64,000 nt of DNA from the human T2T-CHM13v2.0 reference genome, Homo sapiens. The stretch lies in NCBI RefSeq assembly GCF_009914755.1, contig NC_060943.1; one strand, given 5' to 3'. Numbering within the stretch: the first letter of the stretch is position 1; each line of letters opens with the position of its first letter. The notes under the pieces were generated by a model that saw only the letters and a program-made list of their open reading frames with translations, was not told the origin of the DNA and did not search any database. Shown here one piece after another: positions 1 to 46,200 of the stretch. Position numbers and translations under genes: made by a program.

Positions 1-34
1 CAGAGTCTGTCCCCAGACATTGCACCTGGCGCTG
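1..34 (+). promoter_or_regulatory. 3' part of the U1A polyadenylation inhibition element (PIE)
   Basis: Stem GTCTG (5-9), loop TCCC, CAGAC (14-18), then box ATTGCAC (19-25), 19 nt upstream of ATTAAA. The first box (AUUGUAC) would lie just outside the window. Confidence 0.85.
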
Positions 35-44
35 TTAGGCCGGA

Positions 45-50
45 ATTAAA
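45..50 (+). terminator. SNRPA poly(A) signal ATTAAA
   Basis: ATTAAA followed by GU/U-rich downstream sequence. Confidence 0.8.
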
Positions 51-926
51 GTGGCTTTTTGAGGTTTGGTTTTTCACAATCATTTGTCTGTCTGATTTTC
101 TTGCTCTTCATGGTTCCTTTCCCTCCACCTCAGCAGCACATCCTGGGTTTTTGGACCTCTTGGCATTTTGAGGTTTGCAACCTTGGGGAAACATAGGATA
201 GTGTAGTAATATTGTTCAAACTCAGGTTACAATGACTACTTTGGCAGTTTTGTATGTTGTCCCAATTCACAGCAGGAAATGGAATCCTGGGTCAGGAAAT
301 GGAAAGTCAGGGCTGCCGCGTACAGTTAGGCAGGATGGGTACTGCACAAGAATGGCACCTTTTAAGGGCACACCATTCACTTTGTAGGCTTACAAGTTTA
401 TGCCACCACTTTTCTAACAGATGACAAGAGTGTTCAGGGAGAGGTGTTTCTTCACCTTTTTTTTACTCTTCTCAAAAGTGCAGCCTGTTGTAGCAATGGC
501 CCCAGAGAAACCACAGTAGGTAGTTCAAACAGAAAGGAATTTAATACAGGAAACTTGGTGCTGCTGAAATCATGGGGCGTGTGGGTGGTAGGAGTGGCGG
601 TCTGGGTTTGAGACTCTTGAGTTCGAGTTTGCAGCCCCCGAATGAGCTCCTAGCTAGAGTTCAGCGGGATGCCACTCTGGCTTCCGGCAGTGCCTGGACT
701 CATTTGGTCACTCCTGGGAAGCTACTGACTTGATGCTGGTATGAGGGGTGTGGCCGCCTCACACACAGGTGATCTACTTTCCTGGCCAGTGGCCAGCCAG
801 GAGCTTCAGGCAGGTGCCTGACCCCAATTCCCCTGCAGTGTCTAGCTGCAGGGAAGTCTAGGATATGTGACTTCTGGCTGTACAGCCACAAACCCAGCTG
901 CAGCTCTGGATTAGAAAGGGAGATTG

Positions 927-5480
<4,554 letters not shown>

Positions 5481-5619
5481 TTAAAAAATTAAAAAAAAAA
5501 ATTGTGCTTCTCAGTGGCCCTGCTCCTGTGGCTGCAATATGGAGGAAGAGTACAAAGGGTGGGTACAAAGACTGGCCTCTGTCTTGCTGTTGGGAAATCC
5601 AGCTGCCACGTTGTGAGCT

Positions 5620-6388
5620 TGTGTCTGGAATTGGTTCCTTCTGGTGGGTTCTTGGCGTCGCTGACTTCAAGAATGAAGCCATGCACCCTCGCAGTGAGTG
5701 TCACAGTTCTTAAAGATGGTGTGCCTGGAGTTTGTTCCTTCAGATGTTCAGATGTATCTGGAATTTCTTCCTTCTGGTGGGTTTGTAGTCTATGCTGAGT
5801 TCAGGAGTGAAGCCACAGACCTTCGCGGTGAGTGTTACAGCTCATAAAGATAATGTGGACCTATAGAATGTGCAACAGCAAAATTTATTGCAAAGAGCAA
5901 AAGAACAAGGCTTCCACAGCATGGAAGGCGCCCTGAGCCAGTTGCAGCTGCTGGCTAGGGTGGCCTGCTTTTATTTCCTTATTTGGTCCCACCCACATCC
6001 TGCTGATTGATCCATTTTACAGATAGCTGATTGGTCCATTTTACAGAGTGCTGATTGGTCTGTTTTACAGAGTCTGATTGGTCCGTTTTTACAGAGAGCT
6101 GATTGGTGCGTTTACAAATCTTTACCTAGACACAGAGCGCTGATTGGCGTGCTTACAATCCTTTAGCTAGACACAGAGCGCTGATTGGTGCATTTACAAT
6201 CCTTTAGCTAGACAGAAAAGTTCTCCAAGTCCCCTACCTGATTAGCTAGACACAGAGCACTGATTGGTGTGTTTACAAACCTTTAGCTAGACACAGAGTG
6301 CTGATTGGTGCATTTACAATCCTTTAGGTAGACAGAAAAGTTCTCCAAGTCCTCACCGGCCCAGAGGCCCAGCCATCTTCACCTCTCA
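5620..6388 (-). mobile_element. Solo LTR12-family (ERV9) LTR
   Basis: On the - strand it starts TGAGAGGTGAAG and ends CCAGACACA; 4-bp TSD AGCT at 5616-5619 and 6389-6392. Tandem U3 repeats with 8 CCAAT boxes (6030-6308); AATAAAAG TATA-like element near 5968-5975. Inserted into an older MLT1-like remnant. Confidence 0.9.
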
Positions 6389-6619
6389 AGCTGTCTGTAG
6401 AGGTCCACGTGTCAAGAAAACTGAGGACAGAGGCCCTCAGTCCAGTTCCCACAAGCAACTGCATCTCCCCAACAGCTGCCTGAATGAGTTTGGAAGCAGT
6501 CCTCCCACCATTCAGCCTTCAGATGAAACTGCACCCCTGGCTGACAGGCTGATTGCAGCCTTATAGCAGACCTTAAGCCTGAGACATTCGACCCACAGAA
6601 AAGGTGATAATTTTGGTCT

Positions 6620-9500
<2,881 letters not shown>

Positions 9501-9699
9501 GGGAGGGGTTATAATCACTCCTCCTGACATGATACAGAGTATCCATTTGAGTTCATAACATAAATATGTACTTGGTGAATGCTCTGTAACTATTGGCTTT
9601 TTTATTGTTCCCATTTTACATATAAGGAAGCTGAGGCTTTGTGAGGAGAAATAGCTTAGCCCAGGTCATCCAGTGGGAAGCGTCTGGTGCAGAGGAATA

Positions 9700-10221
9700 G
9701 TGATCATGGTGGGACTTTGCCTAGCCTAAGGTTCAGCATACAATATTCAGTCAGTACTCAAGGGCTGGGCTGTTTCTGGTAATCAAAGGGCTGCCTTGTT
9801 CTCCTGCCCCACAGCACAGGAAATTCCAAGGTGGTTTTCTTTACAGGCTCCTCCGCTTCTGTGGCCAGAGGGGACAGCGGAGGAGCCCAGGTACCTAAGC
9901 CAACTCAAGAGAAGATGGAATTGAATATTTCAACCACCTTATCTAGGCCTCTGTGATTGTTGAGGAGGGGGCTGTCACTGGGAAAGTTGTGAGCTGCTTT
10001 GGACCTTATCTGGGAATTTCCTTGGGCTTACAGCCTTTACCCTATCCTTGAAATGGTTCTGGTTTCATAGCAACTTCTAGGTGGTGTGGGCGAAGTTTGG
10101 GACTGGTTTAGGGCGGGGACAAGACCAAGAACACAAGTTTCCTTGTACTACGGGAGAGAGGGAGGGGAGGAAATTGGAGACCCCAGCACCCCCTTGCTCA
10201 CTCTCTTGCTCACAGTCCACG
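9700..10221 (+). promoter_or_regulatory. MIA proximal promoter and 5' UTR (TATA-less)
   Basis: Repeat-free stretch before the MIA ATG. Perfect NF-kB site GGGAATTTCC (10012-10021), TCF/LEF-type ATCAAAG (9782-9788), GC box GGGCGGGG (10111-10118). Confidence 0.65.
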
Positions 10222-12099
<1,878 letters not shown>

Positions 12100-12147
12100 G
12101 CTCAGCCTACCGCTGGCCCTGCCGTTTCCCCTCCTTGGGTTTATGCA

Positions 12148-12153
12148 AATACA
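12148..12153 (+). terminator. Probable MIA poly(A) signal, variant AATACA
   Basis: No AATAAA or ATTAAA shortly after the MIA stop; AATACA is followed by GT-rich and G-run sequence. Confidence 0.6.
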
Positions 12154-12249
12154 ATCAGCCCAGTGCAAACGGCTCGTCTCCGTGGTCTTTGGGGTGGGGT
12201 AGGGTAGGGTGGGGACTGTACAAATGAAATGTTTCTCTAGGTTGCTGAA

Positions 12250-12325
12250 TCTAACCAATTAACCCGCTGCCTGTGGTAACGTCAGTGGTTGCTAGGCAGA
12301 GTTTCACTGATGAAAGCCCTGTGCA
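12250..12325 (-). promoter_or_regulatory. MHC class II-type S-X-X2-Y module (RFX/CREB/NF-Y; CIITA platform) upstream of RAB4B
   Basis: The - strand reads CCTAGCAACCAC (X, 12296-12285), TGACGTTA (X2, 12284-12277), 17 nt, then ATTGG (Y, 12259-12255). RAB4B is known to be co-regulated with MHC-II by CIITA. Confidence 0.8.
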
Positions 12326-13054
12326 GTAGGAGCGCTCCTAAGCTTAGGTTTCGGACACAAGCAAAGGAAAACCTAAGCAGCCCAACTAGGGGATTGTAGT
12401 GTCCTCTCTAGACCAGTGGGAGGGAGCCAATCGGACTACGCGGAGGATATAAATCGCACAGTAAAGATTTTCTTGGAAGATTATCTGGAAAGGGAGGTGG
12501 GAAGTAACCTGCGCCTATCTGCCCAGTTTTCCTCCTTTTCGCCTTTGAGAACAGTAATCGCTCCCGCCAGCTCAAGATCAGCTCCTCTTCCAGCCTCTTT
12601 CTGTCAATCCTGCCCGTGCCCCCTTCTTTGCATTTGTATCCCCTCCCCCAAGTCCGCTCCGATCCAATCCGGAGACTCGACTCTGCCCCCCGTACTCCAG
12701 ACTAAATCCGTTCCTCGGCTCAGCTAAGCAGCTCTGCACGTCCCTTCCCACTTGCTCAGCCAATCGCTGGGCTCGGCCCCGCCCCTTTGGGCTTGGTCCT
12801 TCTCACGCCACCAATCCGCGCCTCTTGTCCCGCCCCCTGCCCGCGAGTCCGCCAATCCCGCCCTTCGGAAAGCGTCGCCTGGTATCCAGCTGCCGGAGCG
12901 GGTCGCGCCGGAGGGGGGCGGAGGCGGAAGTGGCGGTGCCGGGCCCGGGGAGTAGGAAGGAGCCGGGGCTGTAGCCGGAGTGGAGCGGCTGCCAGCCGAG
13001 GAGCAGGCGCGGCCGCGGCGCCATATTGCGGCCCTCAGCGGCCGCGACCGAGTC

Positions 13055-31000
<17,946 letters not shown>

Positions 31001-31248
31001 TGAAATGTGGCTTTACAGACTCAGACAGCTCTCTGAGGCAAACAAAGAGGGAGATGCAGGTACCCTCAGCACAAGCCCCAAATTACCTGCAGGGGAGAGG
31101 CGGAAAATCAGACAATGTAGAAACCGGGAGAAGAAAGGTATGGACAGACCGATGCAGATAGGAGGGGAAGGAAATACCTGGAAATGAGATAGAGACCGGC
31201 TGGACAGACCCCGGGGACCCTGCAGGTCACCACACCCTTCTCTTTCAG

Positions 31249-31954
<706 letters not shown>

Positions 31955-32899
31955 TGATTCGCCCGCGCTGGCCTCCCAAAGTGCTGGAATTACAGGTGTG
32001 AGCCACTGGGCCTGGCCTTGGGGGCCTTGTTTCCTGATTGGACGTGGTGTGGGGTATACCAAGCATGATGACTCAGGTGCCTGTTGCGGAGGGAGGGAAT
32101 TTGTTACTGTGTGGACAGTTTGTGACAATCTGTGTTCTAAGCTCACGTGTGTAAACACGCTGATGTCCCTGTGTTTGTGACATGTGTACATGTTTCCAGT
32201 ACCTGCATATGGGATGATGTCTATAGGATATAATGTGTGCTGGTTGTGTGTGATGCTGACAGCCGTAACTGCTCTGTGGCCTTGGTCATTGTATTGGTGA
32301 GGCTGGTATTGTTTGGGACATCAAGGCCAGGGGATGGGAATTTGGACCTATAGGTGGGCCTCCGGTGTGTGCATGTCTGATGCCTGAGAGTCAGAGGCAG
32401 TGACTCACTACTGCGTGTGTGCCTGTGCATGTGTACCCCGAGGTCTGTGTGTGTTTTGGTGTGAATTTGGCTCCTTTTAAACACCCATGTGTGGCCAGGC
32501 GTGGTGGCTCATGCCTGTAATCCCAGCACTTCGGGAGGCCAAGGCAGATGGATCACTTGAGCCCAGGAGTTGGAGACTATAGCCTGGGCAACACAGAGAG
32601 ACCCTATCTACAAAAATAAAAAACAGAAAAAGTTAGCCAGGTGTCGTGGTACACACCTGAAGTCCCAGCTATTCCGGAGGCTGAGGTGTGAGGATCACTT
32701 TAGTTGGGAGGTTGGGCCTGCAGTGAACTATGATCATGCCACAGCACTTCAGCCTGGGCAAAAGGGTAAGACCCCATCTCAAAAACAAAACTAAACTAGA
32801 AACACCCTTGTGTGGCCATGAACCCTGTGTGTGCCCTGAGGACTGCGGGCTTTTGTGCAATCCTCACGCATGTGTGGATACCAGTATGCATGCCCTTGT

Positions 32900-34500
32900 G
32901 CTCACGCGAACCGCCCTACGCCCTCAGGTGGCCTGCAGGGGACTGGTGCAGCCCCGAGGACACTCCCAGTTGCTCGTCGCCCTCCCATCTCCACGTCGGC
33001 CTTCACCGACCCGGCGGGAGCCTTGAGTCCCAGCTCTCCAGAGCAATGGTGGAGCGGGCAGGGCATTCAAAATGACCTTATCTCCTTAGTCTCCTAAAGT
33101 GTTCCCAGCTGGCCATGCAAATGTCTTCTCTGTGTAGCGTTCCGTGGATTTTTTTTTGTTTCATTTTTTAATTTTGTGTAAAGATAAGGTCTCACTCCGT
33201 TGCCCAGACTTTCCCTGGTTCTTTATTCTGATTCCCACAATCGTCCCGAGGGGGCAGGCCGGAGCGGGTCTTGAAAATACACATTTGCACATCCCTTCTA
33301 GTCCGCGTTCCCTTTTCTCAAGGGCAACCCGCACTTTTTTGCCTCCGTTATAAAAGATACTTATGTAAATTACTGACGTGCGAATTTACATACATTTCTC
33401 AACTAACTGCGTAGCCATTTCTCCGTCTCTCACCTCCGTTCCTGGACGGCGAGAAGGAGGAGGAGCTGACCATGTAAATGAAGTCACGCGCACCGCGCTG
33501 CCGAACTCGGTGCCCCGCGCTGGGCGGGGGGCGGGTAGGCCTGTCCATGTAAATCACATCATTTGCGTGCCCCGCCCCGCCGACGCCACTTGATTCCAAC
33601 ATGCAAGAAACGCCCCCTCCCAGACCCGGCCCCTCACACTGCGTTCCCCCTCCCGCGCAAAGGGGGCGGGGCGGAGGATGCAAATGAACCTCGTGTAGGC
33701 CACGGACCGCTGTTTCCTTTCTCCTTGGTAGGGGGGTTGTCCCGAACTTCCTCGCCCCGCTCCGCCCCGCCCCGCGCGGCTCGGGCCTGCGCAGGCGCCG
33801 TCCCCTCCGCGGGGCGCGGTCACGTGCCCACCGGGCGAGGCGGGGCGGGGCGTCGCGCGCGGTGGGGGCGGGGTATGGCGCGCTGTGCGGCGCAGGGCGG
33901 CTGGCACAAACGGCGGCGCCGGGGCCGGAGGAAAAAGCTCGGTGAGGAGGTCGCGGGGCGAGAAGGGAGCGGGAGGAGACTAAGCCGGAGCCGGGGCGCC
34001 GGCGCGAACCGGGCGGGGTGTGGGGGCGCGCGCCGGGGCCTGCCGGGGCGACCCCGGGAAGGGGGATGTGGGTGCGGCGCGGGGGAGGGGACGCGCGCCG
34101 GTTACGTTGGGTGCCGGCCGTTGTGGGGGTTGGGGTGGGGGCGGGGAGCGCGCGCCGGGCGGAGGCCGAGTGGAGGGGGAGGGGAGGGGGTCCGAGCGGC
34201 CCTTAGGCCCTGCCCCTGTCGCCTACTGCGCTCAGAAGGGGCCTCAGGGCCTGCCCCGGGTTGGGGGCGTTGGGGTGCCCTGGATGGGGGCACCTTTATC
34301 TCTCGTCCTGTCTCCGGGTGCGTGCACCCTCCTCCGTCCTTTCCTCTGTCGCCGCGGACCCTCTCCCCGAGGGCCCCTCCCGTCGGTCAGTCTCGGGACC
34401 TCCCTTCCGTCTGGGCGTGTGTCCGCCCCCGGCCGGCTTCCTCCCGTCGGGCTCGGGTCGACCCCACCGTCCCGCTCCGCCCCGGGTCCTCCCTCCCAGC
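32900..34500 (+). promoter_or_regulatory. EGLN2 CpG-island promoter; non-coding exon 1 ends at 33941
   Basis: Very high CpG/GC content; GC boxes, NRF1-like TGCGCAGGCGC (33788-33798), E-box GTCACGTG (33819-33826). Donor CTCG|GTGAGG; exon 2 acceptor TCTCTAG|CCACC at 35017/35018. Confidence 0.85.
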
Positions 34501-35026
34501 TTCCCTCCGGTCTATTTTTCTGTCTCTGGGCCCCTCGTTCTCTTTGTTTTTGGACTCCCCAGTTTCCTCTGTCTTTTGACCCCCCCGCCCCCACCCTGAC
34601 TCTCCCTGGAACCCCCACGTTTCTCGTTGTCTTTCTGGAACGCCGAGGCAGGTCCCTCCTATTTTCCAAACCCCCTCCTTTCCCACTCCTCCACACCACC
34701 CTTTTCTACTCCAGCCCTCCTTCTTCTGTCTTTGGTTACCGCGTCCCACAACCTGCACCACAGTCCTCTGTCTTAGGGTCATCTACCCAGCCCCTGGCCT
34801 CCAGCCTCTCCCTATCACTGCCTCTTATCTGTCAGCGGACTCCCGCACCTCCAGATTCTCAGGGTCCTCTCCCCGACTTGGCCTCAGGTTTTGGGGGGCC
34901 TCTATAGTCAAGTCTGTCCTGGTCGTCTTCCCCACTCCTGCCCATACCATCCCGGCTTTCCCCTGCCTGCCTGTCTCTAGTTTCTCTCACATCCCTTTTT
35001 TTTTTTCCTTTCTCTAGCCACCCTGA

Positions 35027-42543
<7,517 letters not shown>

Positions 42544-43086
42544 TGGCCAGTCCCAGAGCCGCATGGCAGACAGCTTAAATGACTTCAGGAGAGCCCTGGG
42601 CCTGTGCTGGCTGCTCCTTCCCTGCCACCGCTGCTGCTTCTGACTTTGCCTCTGTCCTGCCTGGTGTGGAGGGCTCTGTCTGTTGCTGAGGACCAAGGAG
42701 GAGAAGAGACCTTTGCTGCCCCATCATGGGGGCTGGGGTTGTCACCTGGACAGGGGGCAGCCGTGGAGGCCACCGTTACCAACTGAAGCTGGGGGCCTGG
42801 GTCCTACCCTGTCTGGTCATGACCCCATTAGGTATGGAGAGCTGGGAGGAGGCATTGTCACTTCCCACCAGGATGCAGGACTTGGGGTTGAGGTGAGTCA
42901 TGGCCTCTTGCTGGCAATGGGGTGGGAGGAGTACCCCCAAGTCCTCTCACTCCTCCAGCCTGGAATGTGAAGTGACTCCCCAACCCCTTTGGCCATGGCA
43001 GGCACCTTTTGGACTGGGCTGCCACTGCTTGGGCAGAGTAAAAGGTGCCAGGAGGAGCATGGGTGTGGAAGTCCTGTCAGCCAAGA

Positions 43087-43092
43087 AATAAA
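43087..43092 (+). terminator. EGLN2 poly(A) signal AATAAA
   Basis: First canonical hexamer, about 545 nt after the stop codon. Confidence 0.85.
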
Positions 43093-43141
43093 AGTTTACC
43101 TCAGAGCTGCACACATCTGACTCCATCTGCAATTTAGGGCC

Positions 43142-43147
43142 TTTATT
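43142..43147 (-). terminator. Retained AATAAA of the CYP2T pseudogene
   Basis: TTTATT on the + strand, about 60 nt downstream of the CYP2T-like stop codon. Confidence 0.6.
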
Positions 43148-43205
43148 GACCGAGGAGGGTATGGAGGTTTGAGGGCCAGTGAGCCCACCATAGTGGAGCC
43201 TGACC

Positions 43206-46200
43206 TCAGCAGGCCACTGGCTGGAGCTGGAAGTCTGGGGGGACACTGCCCAGGCCAGTGCACTGCAGGTGAGGTTGATGGTGCCAGGGCGTACCACAGG
43301 GAGCAGGCAGAACCTCTGTAAGGTGGCCGTAAGGAATAGGAAGATACCCGAGTGGGCCAGGCCTGTGCCCAGGCACATCTGCTTTGCCGGGTACACAGGT
43401 GCACAGTGAGCACCAGGTACCCCAGAGCCAGTCCAGGCTGGTCCCCTTCCTCCTCTGCCTGCACCTGAGGCAAAGGGCATGAAAGCATCATTGCCCTGGA
43501 ACTTGCCCTTGTCCAGGAAGTTGGTAGGGTTGAAGCAGTCTGGGTCTTTGAATTGAGTGGGGTCCCGGTGTGCAGTCACAAGCAGGGGAATCACAAAAGT
43601 GCCCTGGGGATACATGCAACTTGGGTTACCTGCGGGCTTGGTGAGCACCTGCACCACCTCCATCCAAGACGCTTTTTAAAAGCCCAAGGGAATAGGCCGG
43701 GCAAGTAGCTCACGCCTGTAATCCCAGCACTCTGGGAGGCTGAGGACAGATCACTTGAGGTCAGAAGTTCGAGACCAGCCTGGCCAACATGGCGAAACCT
43801 GTCTCTACTAAAAATACAAAAATTAGCCAGGCGTGGTGGTGGGTGCCTGTAATACCAGGTACTCAGGAGGCTGAGGCAGGACAATCGCTTGAACCCAGGA
43901 AGTGGAGGTTGCAGTGAGCCAAGATCATGCCACTGCATTCTAGCCTGAATGACAGAGCCAGACTCCGTCTCAAACAACAACAACAAAAAGCCTAAGGGAA
44001 GGCAGAGCTGCCTTCCTGCTCCAGGGGTAACTGATTGTGTTTTGGTCTGCACAGCGCACACCTGCTGATTCTGGCTGATCTCATGCACCCGGGTCCCGCA
44101 CGGGATCCCCAGACTCAGTGGGTACCTTTGGGCAGACAGTGGCTGTGCAGGTGGGTGTCGAGGGTGAGGGTGCGCGGCAGCCCCAGGGGCACCACGCTGA
44201 TGAAGCACTGGATCTCGAGCAGCACTGCGTTGGCGTAGGGCAGGCACACGCGATAGTCCAGGCTTGGGGCGGGCCTCCACCCTACCACAGGGTCCAGCTC
44301 CTGCACCTTGGCTCAGGCCGGGGGAGGCTGTGAGCTGCGCACTTCCAGGACCCTCCAGCCATCCCCAGACTGCAGCCTCCCATTCTGGGTCTCTCCGGGT
44401 TGCACACCTGCCACCTCTAGGTACTTAAGCAGAATGAGGAGCCCATAGCACAGGGTGGTGCTCGTGGTTTCGGTGACGCCAAAAAAAAAATGCGTCGTCA
44501 TTACCGACGTCTACTCCTGGAAATGGCTCTCCGGGTCCTGCTGTTACTGTGGGCAGAGGAGATGTGCTGCCGCGTGCCAGGCACCTGTTGGTGGGCGGCA
44601 TGGATAGAGTTTAGAGAGCTGGGACCCATGCCTTACCCATCTGGTCAAGCAATCAATGAAATCGCGGGGCTCCGCTGGCTGCCGCATCTGCCAGTGTCGT
44701 TGAATTTGCTCAGAGATGACCCGCAGCTCCGAAAAGTTTCGGAAGATTCGGTGGTGCGGGCCCGGGAGCCAGTCCATGAGGGACAGGCAAATGTACATCT
44801 GGAGAGACAGGGTCTGTCTCAACATGGGCCCTGCACAAGGCCACTAGGCCTTAGTTTCCCTACAGGGAGATTGGACTAGGACTTTGATACTGGATGTTCT
44901 AGAACTCTTCCAGGAATCTGTCCCATTCTAATGATCCATTGTAGGTAGGTCTGTGTACTCGGGATTTGGCATAAGGCTGGACGCACCAAGGAAAGATTGT
45001 GGCCGGCCCTCTCACCTCGCCCCATCTGGAACTAATGATGCAGAAGTTGTCACTGAAGAGGTTCAGGAGCCTCAGGAACTCCGGGTCCCCATAGCGATAG
45101 CGGTTCCCGAAGACAAGAACAGATAACATTGGATACAGCATTATCCAGTAGCCGCACGGGGTCAAACGGGGCTCCTGGGGGTAGGAACAGGACGGTGGTC
45201 ATAACGCGTGGTCCTGCCCCCAGCCAGCCCCATGGGCTTACTGGCTTTCTTCCACCCAAATACCTTCCAGTGGCCCCGTCTTGGCAGTGCAAGGGACTCT
45301 CCCACACCAGGCCCTTCCGCTCTCCCGGCCAGGCCGAAGCAATGGTGGCTTGAAATTCGTCTAGCAGACAAGCCGCCTCCTCCAGGACGCGCGCCTCGAC
45401 GGTCCGCGTACCCAACCCGAACTTCTTAAGCGCTCCAAGTGCAAAATTGCGCAGTGTCCACCAGCACGGCCGGTTAGAAAACAAGATTCCTGTGGTGGGG
45501 ACGGGAAAGGAGGCGGGCCGGGGAGCCGGCCACGCCCTATCCAGGAAGCGCCGGGTCACTGGCTACATCCCTTTAGGGGCCTCCGACTCCTGCGGCCGGC
45601 TTCGTTCCCTTTGCTTCTTTACCAGACCTCCAAGTGCCCTATCCACACATTGGCCCCGCCTTTGCTGGGCTCCATCCCTGACCTAGGCTGGCTCTCGGGC
45701 TTTGACTCTTAGGCTCTTTTCTCCTGTTGGCTGCAGGATGAACCTCCATTCTAACCTTACGCTTTAGCGCCGCCCCGCCCTCTCTCGGCCGTTTGCACCT
45801 CATTAGCTGGAGTCTCTATTAGGCCCCGCCCCCATTTGCCCGCCTCTACCATTTACCCGCCCAGCCTGGAGCGTCCGGGCCGGCAAGTCCAGCGCCGGGG
45901 CCTCACTGTTTCCGCGTGTGAAGCGTTCGAAGACTGCCATGGACCCGCGGCCAGAGACCGCATCCGCCTGTAGCACTAACGCGTCCCGCAGCGCTGCGTA
46001 GCCGCACAGCCCCACCGCAGGGCGCGGGCCCAGCCGCACTGTGAACACCCGGCCCCAGCGGCCGGAGAGCTACGGGTAGCCGGTGCTCAGCGGGTGCCCA
46101 TAGGGTTCCTCATCGGAGCCATTGCCCCCAGCTCCCTCTTCCTTCAGACCCAGGAGTCCTCGTCTCAGACCCTCATTCCTCAGGCCCAGGAATTCAAATC

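Larger units (their letters stand above)
1..80 (+). other. SNRPA: 3' end of the SNRPA (U1A) 3' UTR; the gene body lies upstream of the window
   Basis: U1A-binding ATTGCAC (19-25) next to a GTCTG/CAGAC hairpin; ATTAAA at 45-50 followed by T/GT-rich sequence. Position upstream of MIA fits the known gene order. End coordinate is approximate. Confidence 0.85.

Noticed and set aside
6001-6350. Regular repeats resembling a CRISPR array
   Set aside because: The spacers are themselves repeated; these are the U3 tandem repeats of LTR12 in human DNA, with no cas genes.
33563-34907. Long ORFs of 338 and 295 aa upstream of EGLN2
   Set aside because: Stop-poor CpG island, Arg/Gly/Pro low complexity, non-ATG starts, crossing a splice donor.
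42947-43663. 238-aa - strand ORF with a P450 heme cysteine
   Set aside because: Chance read-through of CYP2T pseudo-exons 8-9 and their intron; the motif is degenerate and the upstream exons are disabled.
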